Positions 28,190 through 42,113 of a stretch of DNA of 64,000 bases are shown here, piece after piece. Every line of letters begins with the position of its first letter. Within the stretch, counting starts at the first letter, position 1. Origin of the DNA: Octopus vulgaris (taxonomy: Eukaryota); the NCBI GenBank assembly GCA_951406725.2, contig OX597820.1, forward strand, positions 46,996,001 to 47,060,000, in the 5' to 3' direction. Below the pieces are notes generated by a model, which did not search any database, was not told the DNA's origin, and was given only the letters and a program-made list of their open reading frames with translations. The translations under genes were made by a program, and so were the position numbers.

Positions 28190-28425
28190 AGTCATGGACT
28201 GGCTAGGCGACTTGCCTTCAACACTAGGGTGTACGTGATGTTGACAAGCCACAAAAATGACGAAATATTGGTGTCAGTCACTCCCAAATGAGATTGAAAG
28301 CTAGTTAGCTCGTCTGTCTATGACTCTGACGTGTTTTAACATCCGGCGCTTTGAGAGTTTCTATACTCCACCACGCTATTGCAGTCACCGGAAAATACAC
28401 GAAGCTTATACGTCAAGTATATGCA
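28190..28425. mobile_element. Second foldback element copy
   Basis: gtcatggac...gtctatgact arms plus tatactccaccacgctattgcagtcaccggaaa tail, homologous to 22563-22775. Confidence 0.6.
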
Positions 28426-28483
28426 GTTAATAATATCTATTATACTGGAGCTGCTTTAATTTCATCTGTGAATTTGATATATA

Positions 28484-28700
28484 CAGGAGTTGGATAAAAT
28501 AATGGAAACTGCCTTTGGCAGTAATTACAACTTGAATTCTACGAGGTATGGACTCGTACAAAGTTTGAGTCGTTTCCAAACGAATTTTGTCCATTTTTCA
28601 GCTAAAAGAGTCTCCAGTTCTTGTAGTGATGATGGTAGAGGATATCGACTCCTTACCTTTTTTTTCTAAAATGCGCAATAAATGTTCAATAATAATGATA
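28484..28700 (-). mobile_element. Tc1-like right end with C-terminal transposase relic
   Basis: TIR cagGAGTTGGATAAAATAATGGAAAC resembles the TIR at 15681; minus strand IIEHL...ELETLLAEKW...LYESIPRRIQVVITAKG. Confidence 0.8.
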
Positions 28701-29276
28701 TTTCATAAACACACCTCTAACCACCTACCATGCGTCTAAACACCACGGCGTTTGACACTACCACCGACGCTCATAATTCTTTTTTTTTTAATCTGTAGTA
28801 GTGATAGCTAAGAGTAACTTTAAGCTAAATAAGGCTTGGATTTCTCAAAATGTTGGTATCACCACTAATAAGTGTTGTGTAAATAATGCATGCAAATACA
28901 CAATACAGTCAGCGACACCTGAGGTCACGCAGCGTACTAGACTGATGGCCATGGGAATTTCAGATTCTTTCTCGAAATTTATTCGAATAAAAAAAAGTGC
29001 TGGGCCATCAGTCGCCAGAAAATCGGTGGTGCATCTGTATGGATATATATGTAAACAGTAAAAAATAAATACAGACATGGACAAGAACATGAAACACCAA
29101 AGAGACGACACAAGAACCACAGGACGGGACATTCGAAGCCCTCAGTCATCAGTCACTGTATATATGGATATATACATACATACATACATACATACATACA
29201 TACATACATACATACATACATACATACATACATACATACATACATACATACATACATACATACATACATACATACA

Positions 29277-29769
<493 letters not shown>

Positions 29770-29785
29770 TAATAATAATAAAAAT

Positions 29786-29923
<138 letters not shown>

Positions 29924-29959
29924 TTCTTAATCAACCAGAAGATGGATTAGGTATTAATC

Positions 29960-30059
29960 TGTATTTTGTACAACGGTCGTTTCGACCCATCCTGCTATGG
30001 GTGGAACTCCGTTCAACATGTGTTGCATCCATTTTGAAGTCTGGGTCTCATCAGATACA
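29960..30059 (-). ncRNA. Type I hammerhead motif (F9)
   Basis: Reverse complement CTGATGA-GACCC..GGGTC-GAAA-CGACcGTTG-TA; stem I imperfect. Confidence 0.6.
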
Positions 30060-30250
30060 TCCATATATATATTTATATGTGTGGTTAGGTATATGTCGTT
30101 CGCGTATTAACTTTCATAAGTGCCTAATGTTTGGGTATGACAATGTGATTAGGCTGGTAACTTAATATGTTAGGATGTAGCCATATCTAATGTAACCAAG
30201 TCGAGTATGGAGTCTACACACACACACACACGCATACACACACACGCACG

Positions 30251-30287
<37 letters not shown>

Positions 30288-32240
30288 ACACACATGCATA
30301 GACACAATGGACAGATACGCGCGTACTTATACAAATCTCTGTCACCCTGATTTCAGAAAGAAAAGCATCAGAAGAGAAATGATGATGATGACGACGATGA
30401 TAATGATGATGATGACAGAGGAGATAATGATAATTATAACCTCGTGATGATGATGATAATAATGATTGTGATGATGTTAAGTAGAGTGAAGTTAGAAGCA
30501 TCTAGCTAAACAGTTAAGTATATTAATTTTCGTTCTGCTCAGTTTTGATTTCACATCTAGTCCACAGTGGAGAAAATTTAATATCAGTAATATACCAGTT
30601 TCTATTAAATCAATTATATCATCTGCCTTATTTCTATAGTGTACCTTCTTATATGAAATCAATATGGTGTACAATATGAAATAATATATTAGTTACAGAC
30701 AGGATGGCTCCACGAAGATAAACTATTACCTCACCTCTATCTCTGTGATGTATTTGCTAATATAAAAATCCATATGGTGAACAATATATAATATAACTTT
30801 AGTTTGGAGTTAGTCTTAGTAAGTTACATATTAAACTACCTCCAGAATTCGCTTGCTGTCCTGGATTTCACGGCGTATTTTTTCTAAAATAACTCAAAAA
30901 TTTACTGCGCAATTTAAAGGACGGTGGTTATATTTTTCAGAAACCATTTTAAACCCTAGTGAAGTTATGCTAAATCAAAATATCATTCGTTAATAAGATT
31001 TATATGACAGTATGGCCTCTAACAAAATGGAGATTTTCAATCTAGGCAAATAAAATGGCCGATCATGAGTGAAAGCCAGAGCGTTTTCATGGAGACATTT
31101 TCACAAACGTATTCACGTTATTCATCAAATAAATTGGCGTTAACTTTCCTATGTAATTGTTTTGTTTCATTTTAAGAATTAAACAAAATACAAATAAGCA
31201 TGACACTTAACTTATGCAACAATTTTCCTTCATTTTCTGGATTTTAAGCAAAAAAGAAGAAAAAATTACGAATAAATTATTTTACACTTCACTTCTACTT
31301 CACTTCCGGTTATCATTTTTATTTCCTCACTTTCTAGTCGGTCATTTTATGTGCTTAAATAGAAAGATAGCCAACAGAATATCTTTGTAAAGTAAGTAAA
31401 AGTGCTTAGACCTGATGTTTAATTTTATTTATTTATTTTTTCCTGAATTTTCAAGTAAAATTTGGGATGTCTTTGAGGTCACAGGGGCCTTAATGTCAAG
31501 GATATACGGTAGTTTCAGCAGGCAGTTATGTTTATAAGGTAAGTTACTCGCAGATAGAAATTAATTTCTGTGATTAGCCACCATTGTGTTATCCTGTCTG
31601 CCTGTTGTCTATTCTTGTTTTCTTGTATTGTTTTTAATGGCTTGAACAATTGGACTGATAGCTATTCTGGTCCACTCCCTTCAAGAGTTTTACATCCATC
31701 ATTTCGATTCCCGTGCTTATTTTAGTTCAGTACTTATTTTATCGATAGCTATTTAGATAAACATTTTATTGACATAAAACGGTTCGCTCTTTATGCTCCT
31801 TTTATTCTCTTAAAAGGAACTTTAAGATATACACCATAAATTAAATACACACAAATATTTATGTAGGAAATGTGAGTGGAATTCGAAAGATGGAAAATCT
31901 TAAGCACAATTTTCAACTGAACGAAATATTAGAAAAATGAACGCTTAAAAAAATCGAAAATTTAGAATGTTAAAAGCTCCGAATAGTGAAATATTTTAGG
32001 AGTAAATAAGACAAGTGATATTAAAAGATAATTATTTGTAGTTTTAAGAGGAGTGTATGTGTGAAACATAGTATAGAACATTTTTCTTAAGAAAGAGTAA
32101 AAATGTATACCAAGACTATGATATCGAAAGCATAACCGAAAACTTTATTGAATATTTTCGCTCTTTTATTGTTGAATATTTTCTTTCTCTTATAAATATA
32201 CCGAACGATCAAATAACCAAACTGTGTGTGTGTATGTATG

Positions 32241-32304
<64 letters not shown>

Positions 32305-32614
32305 TATATAAATTAGAGATAAAACCACTATTAGGCAAATCAAACAGCGAAAATCATAAGCCAATACACAGAAATAAAATTAATTAAAAAATATATAAAA
32401 AATATAAAATATGAAATATAAAAATCAAATTAAAATATTTAAATTAAAGTTAAATTTTTTTAAATTATTTAAATTAATAATTTAAACTTATAAATTATAA
32501 ATATATATATTTTTATTATTATTTTATATAATTATTTATTTAAAAAATCTTTTTTATTAAAAAATTTTTTTTTTTTTATTTAAAAATTTTTTTAATATTT
32601 TATTTATTTATTTT

Positions 32615-32810
32615 TTTGAAATTTACAGAAAAACAACAGGCGAAGACAGGTGTATGAACAACAAGCAGGTGTATTAGTTTGACGCTCGGAAAAGTGGAAA
32701 AGTCTTTTACGTTTCGAGCCTGCGCTCCTCAACAGGAAGGAATGAGAGAAAATAAACAGAGAGAATAAAAAGAAAAAAATTGTGGATTTCGCGGTCAAGC
32801 ATATCGACTC
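32615..32810 (-). mobile_element. Hammerhead F1 unit
   Basis: Reverse complement CTGTTGA-G-GAGC gcag GCTC-GAAA-CG-TA-AAAG at 32704-32739. Confidence 0.7.
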
Positions 32811-32874
32811 ATATATATATATATATATATATATATGAGTCGATATGCTTGACCGCTAAATCAACAATTTTTTT

Positions 32875-32931
<57 letters not shown>

Positions 32932-33642
32932 GAATTTTAAGTTAAAGTTAAATATTTAGAAAGTAGGCGTTAAATGCAGTATCCAAACCTTGTTTCAGGA
33001 TAAGTCCCAGGTAGTGTGTCTGCGGAGCACGTTCATCACTAATGGCTGCCAGGCGTCGTCAGCGATACCTTACATTCATCGTTGGATCTACGTCCATAAA
33101 TTCCAGGGTGCACATATGTGTGTGTGTGCGCGTGCGTATGTGTGCGCGTGCGTATGTGTGCGCGTGCGTATGTGTGCGCGTGCGTATGTGTGCGCGCGCG
33201 CGCAAGGAAAGAGTGAAGACAAAGAGAGACAAGCAAACCACATTTTTGTCAATTCGACCCGTTACTCGTTTGATATGTTCACGTTTGAAATGAAAGAAGA
33301 AAAACAAAATAATTAAGAATGAGCCAATTTAAAGAAGCTAAATATTCGATAAATAAACTATTTAAACTTTTCTCTACGATATCTCCGATATCGTATCCTT
33401 GCAATGCACGTTCAATGATTTTCCAAGTTTATAAGTATTTCTCAAATAGACTCCCTTTTAAAAATATATACAATCTCATTTGATACCAATTTTCTTGTTA
33501 TTTTTCTCTAAATTACTTCAAAATTCAATGTTTCGATTTTTCGACATTATGGCATTCGGTATTCTAAGATTTCATCCTTTCAAGCTTTCGGTATTCTGAT
33601 TTTTCGATCATTTGAATTTCGTTCTTCTTTCCTTATGAACAA

Positions 33643-33697
<55 letters not shown>

Positions 33698-34049
33698 TCC
33701 TCTGTGTCTTTCTCTGTGTATATACGTGCATACACTCACGCACATACACACACATGGTTGTGTGCATATGTGTGGGTGTTGTGGGTATATATTTACATTA
33801 CACACACACACGCACACACGCACACATACGCACGCACGCACCCTACGGGCTTGTGCACAGTTTCCGCCCACTAAATTCCACTCACAAACTGAATTGCTGA
33901 ACAACACAGATTTCCTGTTAGTTTATTATTCTTGTTGCTCTATATCTACGACGATATTGTTTAATTTATCACTCATTTTTCAAGACAGTTAATTGTGATT
34001 TGACTAAAGTTTGGCTGCGATTTCTAGTATGTGGAATGTCAGTGTAGAG

Positions 34050-35018
34050 CAGGGGTTCTCAACCGGGGTCCATATGAGATTTTGTTCTTAAAACTTATAC
34101 GCAATAAATTTCTTACACTTTTACAATACACAAAAATATTTTAACATTTTTTGAAAATACAATTCCTAATAATATTTCATTATGAAAATATAAAGAATTC
34201 TTTAAAATATCGAAAGGCTAGGAGGATCTGTCTGAGTTAAATAAGAATCAAAGGGGTCCATAGGGGTCCTTAGATAAAAATAGTTGGGAACATCTAGATC
34301 AGTAGTTCTCAACCAGGGTCCATATGGCTCCTGAGGGCAGGGCCGGATTAAGACCCATCGAGGCCCTGAGTACTAAAAAGATTTCGGTGCCCCCATAAAA
34401 TATTATGTAATTCAAAATATTAACAATAACAAACCATAAAATAAATGCTAATTTTTGTATACTTCCACTTTATTTATATTTGAAAAGTTATCTCCTGCTT
34501 TTTTTGAATTGCAAAGTCTTTGATCAGAACCTCAAAATTAATCTTAGGTAAGAACATCTGCATCTATACTTAATAGAGATAAAGGCATCCCGAGTATTAT
34601 TTTAGTAAGTTTAAAGTGATTTCTTTTGTGCCGTAAACTATTTACCATTTCTGTGATGCCTCCTCTCTCCCTTGGTGCCCTAAGCACGTGCTTATTTTAC
34701 CTAATTGTTAATCCAGTGCTGCCTGAGGGTCCATATAAGATTTCTGGGGTTCCACACAACAAAATAGCAAATTGGAGATCGACAAAATAATTCTGCTTTA
34801 GATTAATGTATTGGTATGTCCTTCAAGAAACAGGCAGGTTTCTTCCTCTAACATTTTTTACATAGTTCAACCTACAGAAGTTAATGTGTGGAAAACAAAA
34901 TAGGAATTTTGAAAGGTGTTTCTATAAAACTAGATTTTAAAAATCGAATGGTTATGTGGGGGTCCACCAAAATAAAGTAGTAATCAAAGGGGTCACAAAA
35001 AATGGTTGAGAACCCATG
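34050..35018. mobile_element. Tandem hAT/Charlie-like MITEs
   Basis: Termini CAGGGGTTCTCAACC (34050), CAGTAGTTCTCAACC (34300) and GGTTGAGAACCCATG (35018); TCTAGA-like target at the junction. Confidence 0.7.
34338..34721. mobile_element. Nested non-autonomous hAT element
   Basis: TIRs CAGGGCCGGATTAA/TTAATCCAGTGCTG, 8-bp TSD CCTGAGGG, and minus-strand relic INFEVLIKDFAIQKSRR like hAT transposase C-termini. Confidence 0.85.
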
Positions 35019-35049
35019 CTCTAAAAGTTCATTGACGTTGCAGCTCTCA

Positions 35050-36534
35050 TCGTTGTTGTTGTTGGTGGTAATGCTAGTAGTGATGGTGATGGTGATAGTG
35101 ATGGTGACAGAGGTGGTGATGGTAGTGGTAGTGATGGTGGTGGTGGTGGTGGTGGTGGTAGTGGTGGTGGTAGAGATGGTGATGGTAGTAGTGGTGGTGA
35201 GGTAGTGATGGTGGTGGTGGTGGTTGTGGTAACAGTGGTGATGGTGACAGAGGTAGGATGGTAGTAGTGGTGGTGGTGGTGATGGTGGTGGTGGTAGTGG
35301 TGGTGGTAGAGATGGTGATGGTAGTAGTGGTGGTGAGGTAGTGATGGTGGTGGTTGTGGTAACGGTGGTGATGGTGACAGAGGTGGGATGGTGGTGGTGG
35401 TGGTGGTGGTGGTGATGGTGGTGGTGGTAGTGGTGGTGGTAGAGATGGTGATGGTAGTAGTGGTGAGGTAGTACTGGTGGTGGCAGTGGTGATGGCGGTG
35501 GGTTGATGGCGGAGGGGTAGTAGTGTTGGTAGTAATGGTGGTGATGGTTGTGGCGTGGCAGTGGTGGTAGTAACGGTGGTGATGGTCGTGGTAATTGTCG
35601 TATTGTTGGTGATAGCGATGGAGTTGATGGTGGTGGTAGGGGTAGTGATGGTGGCGCTGGAGGTTGTATTGGTAGCAGTATTAGTCGTTGATTTTTCTCT
35701 TTTTTTTAGTTTGATTTGTTTGTTTTTTTATATATATTATTTGTTTTCATTTTTTATATTTTTCATTTTTTGTTATCGTAACTATCCTGTGGCAATTCTC
35801 TCTTAACAGCAGCAGCAGCAGCACCACCACCACCACCACCACTACCAGCAGCAGCACCACCACCACCACCACCACCACCACCACCACCACCACCACCACC
35901 ATCACCACCACCACCATCATCAACACCTCCACCATAACCATCGCTAGCAACTGTTATCATCACCATCATCATCACCAACTTACTACAATCTCCACAGCCA
36001 TAACAACCATCAGCACCGCCCTCACCATCACCGCCGCAAAAACTACTACTACCACCACCATCACCACTACAATTACAACCAATTACTACCATCATCGCTA
36101 TTACTATCACAATCACCACCACCACCACCACAATCACCACCACCACCACAACAACAACCACTACCACAACCACCACTACCATGATTATCATCATTATCGT
36201 CATTATCGTCATCATCATCATTATCATCATCATCATCATCATCATCATCATCGTCATCATCATCATCGCCGTCCTCTATCCTTGTTATCTTAAAATGGTC
36301 GCTCATCCTGGTAGAAATAGCAGCCTAGTCAACTTCAATTCACATCCGCTTGTCACAAACAATAAAGGACACATTTGGATAATGTAATCCTAGATATATC
36401 ATGCATAGAAAGAAGACACAGACTGATTCGATCAGGCTTGGTATTAAACATCAACATTGCAACCACCAAAACCACCACCACCACCAGCAGCACCACCAGC
36501 ACCACCACTACCACCAACATCAGCACCATCATCG

Positions 36535-36567
<33 letters not shown>

Positions 36568-36743
36568 CAACTATCGTTGTCATCCTCACCACCACCACCA
36601 TCACCACTATCCTCCTCCTCCTCCTGCTCCTCATCATCATTATCACCACCCCATATATCATTCTCCCCCACCGTCATCCACCACTCCTACAATACAATTG
36701 CACATAATGATGGTGGTTGTGGTGATGGTGGTGGTGATGGTGG

Positions 36744-36779
<36 letters not shown>

Positions 36780-36860
36780 CGACGACGATGACAACGACGA
36801 TGGCGATGATGACAGTGGTGGTGGTTATGGTGGTGGCGGTGACGGTGGTGACGGTGACGA
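35050..36860. repeat. Trinucleotide low-complexity region (GGT/CAC/CAT/GAT) including about 130-bp tandem units
   Basis: gtggtgatggtgacagaggt recurs at about 35098, 35234 and 35365. Confidence 0.9.
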
Positions 36861-37068
36861 GGGTGGGAGCGAAGCACAAAAGCAGCAACAAGAACTGGGC
36901 GATGAGGGGGGGAGGGGTATTGCGAGGAGTAGCTGCAAGTAATAGTATTAGTATTAGTAGTAGTAGTAATATTGGGATAAGGAGGAAGAGAAGAAGAAGA
37001 GTAGGTGGAGGAAAAGAGGAGAAGGAAAAGGAGGAGAAGAAAAAAAGTTAGCGAGAGGACGACTGGTG

Positions 37069-37097
37069 TATAAACAAAAGCGGCAAAAGCGTTAGTT
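37069..37097 (+). promoter_or_regulatory. Putative core promoter (TATA plus Inr)
   Basis: TATAAA at 37069-37074 and TTAGTT (Inr-like) about 25 nt downstream, some 220 nt ahead of a strong-context ATG. Confidence 0.45.
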
Positions 37098-37313
37098 ACC
37101 AAGACGGACAGACAGATAGACAGACGGGGAAACAGGCGAGCTGTCTAGCTGTCTGGCTGGCTGGCTGTCTGGCTCTCTGAGACAGAGAGAGAGAGAGAAA
37201 GAGAGAGAGAGAAAGAGACAAAAAGAGAGATAAAACGAAGGTGAGAGAAAAGGAAAGAGAGCGAGAGAGAAAAAAAATAAGAGACTCGAGACAGAAATAC
37301 GTTCTGGAGAACC

Positions 37314-37374
37314 ATGGCATGTTGGAGTTTATGCTTACTTTGCATTGGAATGTCCCTTTTTTCATTAACTCAAG
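37314..37374 (+). CDS. Putative first coding exon encoding a signal peptide (secreted or membrane protein)
   Basis: ACCATGG context; MACWSLCLLCIGMSLFSLTQ(G) has a hydrophobic core and small residues at -3/-1; phase-1 donor AAG|GTATTA; non-repetitive sequence; too short for the ORF track. Confidence 0.6.
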
Positions 37375-37592
37375 GTATTATATTGTATTAATATTTTTTG
37401 TATATATATATATGTATATATATATATAGTTGTAATCATATAAATAATAACGTTATATCTACATGTCGACTCATATACGAAACATATGTACATGCCGACG
37501 CGTATAGTTCACATGGAAAAAAATTGCATGTCTGTATCTGCACATGTATGTATATGTATATGTGATATACAAATTTACAAATATCCATACTC

Positions 37593-37644
<52 letters not shown>

Positions 37645-37753
37645 GCGCGCGCAAACACAAACACACACACATGCTGTATGTACATGGTTTCACTTAAACA
37701 CATTTATAAAACTTGTCTGTGCATATATCCACACTTTGTTTATTCACAACTAC

Positions 37754-37825
<72 letters not shown>

Positions 37826-37845
37826 GTCTATCAATGTTTATCTAA

Positions 37846-37942
<97 letters not shown>

Positions 37943-37983
37943 CATCTATCCGCGTGTACACATATGTATTAATAGTATATATG

Positions 37984-38028
<45 letters not shown>

Positions 38029-38149
38029 GGAATTTACAAAAAAAAAAACAAAGCAAAAGGCGAAGACGGATGTATGTGTGTGTATATATGTGGGGAAGGG
38101 GTATGCGTGTGTGTTCATGTATGTATGTATGTGTATGTGCGTGTGTATG

Positions 38150-38157
38150 CTTCCGTC

Positions 38158-38221
<64 letters not shown>

Positions 38222-38425
38222 GTGTTTGTGTGCCTGTGTCCGCCCAATATCGCTTGACAACCGATGGTGGTGTGTTTACGTTCCCGTCACTTAGCGGTTC
38301 GGCAAGAAAGTCCGAAAGAATAAGTACTCGGCTTACAAAGAATAAGTCGTGGGATCGATTTGCTCGACTAAATGCAGTGCCTCAGCATGGCCGCAGTCAA
38401 ATGACTGAAACAAATAAAAGAAAAA
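38150..38425 (+). mobile_element. SINE family A, 3' half
   Basis: atcgcttgacaaccgatg...atgactgaaacaaataaaag. Confidence 0.8.
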
Positions 38426-38435
38426 AGAAAAAGAA

Positions 38436-38466
<31 letters not shown>

Positions 38467-38951
38467 TATATTCAATACTTGTATTTTCTTCGTTTTCTTA
38501 ATCAGTTAAAATTCCACTCACATTTAGGAATATCTTTTCAAACTCACCGCTTAACAAATATATTGAGTTTATCGATCCTGAAAGGTTGATTTCGTCCTGA
38601 TTTGAACCCAGAACCCAAGAGGCCAAAACTAAACATCATTGCTGTTTTATCCATTCTAACGATCTTGTCAGCCCAATGCATGTTGTACTATTATTTTGTT
38701 TTACTCACTTCAGTCATTGGGACTGCTTGCCATTCTAGAAGTACTGCTTCTAAGGATTTCAATGAATCATATCGACATAATGGTTTATTTCAATTTGTTC
38801 ATATTTGATCGATCTCTAATCAGACTGTTAGCTTATTGTCTTTTGTTGTTGTTGTTGTTGTTGTTATTGTTTACACAAAGACCTACATGAAAACAACGCC
38901 GGCAAACATAAACACTTTGACACAGAAAAACATACGTATACATATAAAATA

Positions 38952-39345
38952 CAGACGTGGCTGTGTGGTAAGTAGCTTGCTTACGAACCACATGGTTTCG
39001 GGTTCAGTCCCACTGCGTGGTACTTTTGGGCAAGTGTCTTCTATTATAGCCTCGGGTCGACCAGAGCCTTGTGAGTGGATATGGTAGACGGAAACTGAAA
39101 GAAGCCCGTCGTATATATGTATATATGTGTATGTATGTGTGTGTGTGTGTATGTTTGTGTGTCTGTGTTTGTTCCCCCAACATCGCTTGACAACCGATGC
39201 TGGTGTGTGTTACGTCCTCGTAACTTCGCCGTTCGGCAAAACAGACCGATAGGCTTACAAAGAATAAATCCTGGGGTCGATTTGCTCGACTAAAGGCGGT
39301 GCTCCAGCATGGCCGCAGTCAAATGACTGAAACAAATAAAGGAGT
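38952..39345 (+). mobile_element. SINE family A
   Basis: Head tggctgtgtggtaag...ggttcagtccc through the tail. Confidence 0.9.
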
Positions 39346-39493
39346 AGAGTATATGCAGATACACTGCATGTATGTATGTATGTATGTATGTATGTATGTA
39401 TGTATGTATGTATGTATGTATATGTGTGTGTGTGTGTGTGTACGTACGCATGCATGCGTGTAAGTATGTATGTATGTATTATGTAAAATGTGC

Positions 39494-39676
39494 GCAGGCG
39501 TGGCTATGTGGTAAGAAGCTTGCTTACCAACCACATGGTTCCGGGTTCAGTCCCTCTGCGTGGCACCTTGGGCAAGTGTCTTCTACCATAGCCTCGGGCC
39601 GACCAAAGCCTTGTGAGTGAATTTGATAGACAGAAACTAAAAGAAACCTTTCGTATATGTGTATGTGTGTGTATGT

Positions 39677-39728
<52 letters not shown>

Positions 39729-39935
39729 GTGTCGGTGTGTGTGTGTGTGTCGGTGTCGGTGTTTGCCCACCCACCATCGCTTGACAACCATGCTGGTGTG
39801 TTTACGTCCCTGTAACTTAGCGGTTCGGCGAAAGAGACCGATAGAATAAGTCCTAGGCTTACAAAGAATAAGTCCTGGGTCGATTTCTTCAACTAAAACC
39901 CTTCAAGGTGGTGCATGACCGCAATCAGATGATTG
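39494..39935 (+). mobile_element. SINE family A
   Basis: Full head and body with expanded (TG)n. Confidence 0.9.
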
Positions 39936-40424
39936 AAAGATATGAATAAACAGTTGTATGTATATCGAGGGTTTCCCGCACATTTTTCTGTGTAACAAGT
40001 TCTACTCATATGGTAAGATCGGTCAATTGCAGCCAAAGTAGAATACGATTGACCAAATAACTGTGTACCAGTATCGAACTTGCAACCACGTGGTTGCCAG
40101 TCGAATTGCTACATATATACACATGCAAAACTACGCATGAAATACCATTCTACGTAAACAAACGCAATGTGCTATTTTATATGCAAAAATACATTATACA
40201 TACATACACATTTATATCAATATCTGTCTATGTACATACACACACACACACACATGTATATATGCATACATATGTGCGCGCGCATACACACACACACATA
40301 TATGAAGAAATCTTAGTAATATAAACACGAGCATGTAACTTCTCTCACCCTTTCTCTTTCTGTGAGTGTGTATTTTTGCGCGTGTAGATATATGTATATA
40401 TTATTTTATTCTTTTATTCTTATA

Positions 40425-40486
40425 TTCTTAAGTTACGGGGACAACAATGTTTGTCAAGCGATGTTGGGGGGACAAACACAGACACA

Positions 40487-40561
<75 letters not shown>

Positions 40562-40731
40562 GCACACACACACACGTATACGACGGGCTTCTTTGTTTCC
40601 GTCTACCAAATCCACTCACAAGGCTTTGGTCGGCCCGAGGCTATAGTAGAAGACACTTGCCCAAGGTACCACGCAGTGGGACTGAACCCAGGACTATGTG
40701 GTTGGCTACTTACCACACAGCCACTCCTGCA

Positions 40732-40812
<81 letters not shown>

Positions 40813-40965
40813 TATAGCCTCGGGCCGACCAAAGCCTTGTGAGTGGATTTGGTAGATGGAAACAAAGAAGCCCGTCGTATACGTGTGTGTGTGTGCGTGA
40901 GTGTGTGTGTGCGTGTGTGTGTGTGTTTGTGTGTCTGTGTTTGTCCCCCCAACATCGCTTGAAAA
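40425..40965. mobile_element. SINE family A (minus) plus an inverted partial self-duplication across (TA)n
   Basis: 40811-40963 is the reverse complement of about 40452-40647, including the copy-specific variant gggcttctttgtttcc. Confidence 0.85.
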
Positions 40966-40999
<34 letters not shown>

Positions 41000-41005
<6 letters not shown>

Positions 41006-41151
41006 TAAACACAGTAAATGTGTGAAACAAGGTGGAAAAAAGAGTACTCAAATACCAGGGGTAGAGTAATATGCTTTATTCAAAAGCAGCAGAAAATTCA
41101 ACAAAACTCAGAGTAACAGGTTTTGTTGAATTTTCTGCTGCTTTAAATAAA

Positions 41152-41152
<1 letters not shown>
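41000..41152. mobile_element. Collapsed inverted pLTR-like unit (F4 family)
   Basis: ctttattcaaaagcagcagaaaattcaacaaaac / gttttgttgaattttctgctgctttaaataaag with centre actcagagtaacag; homologous to 55449-55680; (TA)n on both sides. Confidence 0.7.
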
Positions 41153-41207
<55 letters not shown>

Positions 41208-41236
41208 GAGAAAAAAGCAACAAGAATGGATTAGTT

Positions 41237-41327
41237 TTTTAGTACAATTGTTTCATACAAAGACAGGCTTTATTAAAAGCTGCAAATATTGCAGCAAATA
41301 CAAGTGTCCCGTACTCATCAGCTAAAA
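41237..41327 (-). ncRNA. Type I hammerhead ribozyme motif (F8)
   Basis: Reverse complement TTTTAG-CTGATGA-GTACgggaca..tgtcttt GTAT-GAAA-CAATTG-TA-CTAAAA; canonical core, 6-bp stem I, palindromic stem III. Confidence 0.8.
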
Positions 41328-41735
41328 CACATATGAGTTCTCCAAACATCGTAGTGGGTGAGGCTACACTCATGAAGTATCAGATATAATTTTATAAAAA
41401 GCAAATTCAGGTTGTAAGCGGACTTCCAAAGTTCTTTAATGATGATGCACAGTCTTATCACAGGTTTTAAAAAGCTTATTAGCTTCACAGAGAAGATGAA
41501 TCAATCCATAATGTAGGTGAAAATTTCCAGAGATATGAGGAGATATTTCATACTCACAGATGATGAATCTATCCATGATTAATCCACAATGAGGTGGGTA
41601 TAATTTCATGCTATATGATAAGATACTTGTATATATATATATATATATACATACATATTTGTATATATGTATTTGTATCTATCTATACATACATACAGAC
41701 ATACATGCATATATATATATATGTGTATATATGTG

Positions 41736-41833
<98 letters not shown>

Positions 41834-42053
41834 ATGTAGGATAAAATTTTTTCGAAAAAAAATTTTATCAATAGCCAGCATATTAAAAAATACCTTTAAC
41901 GGTTAAAATTATAAACTTATAAATAAGGGTAAACGAAAAAATTTCTAATGCCAAAATGCCGAAAATTGGACATTGTCCATAACCATATAATTTTTCACAA
42001 TACGCACGCTACTCGAAAAAAAAGCCGACAGAAATTTATAAAAAATTCCATTA

Positions 42054-42113
42054 TTACCATATCGGACCGATTTCAGGGTTAGTTCGTAAGAACCCTCTCT
42101 TCGTCAGTGATAA
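42054..42113 (-). ncRNA. Type I hammerhead ribozyme motif (F10)
   Basis: Reverse complement TTATCA-CTGACGA-AGAGAGGGTT..AACCCT-GAAA-TCGGtCCGA-TA-TGGTAA; the unit runs to (TA)n at about 41830. Confidence 0.75.

Noticed and set aside
30830-31500. Promoter-like motifs (aaaatggc, acttccgg) or a TTAA-type transposon
   Set aside because: Short motifs expected by chance; no clear TIR pair or adjacent exon
36375-37102. Poly-His/Met/Asp ORFs upstream of the putative promoter
   Set aside because: Trinucleotide repeats open on both strands
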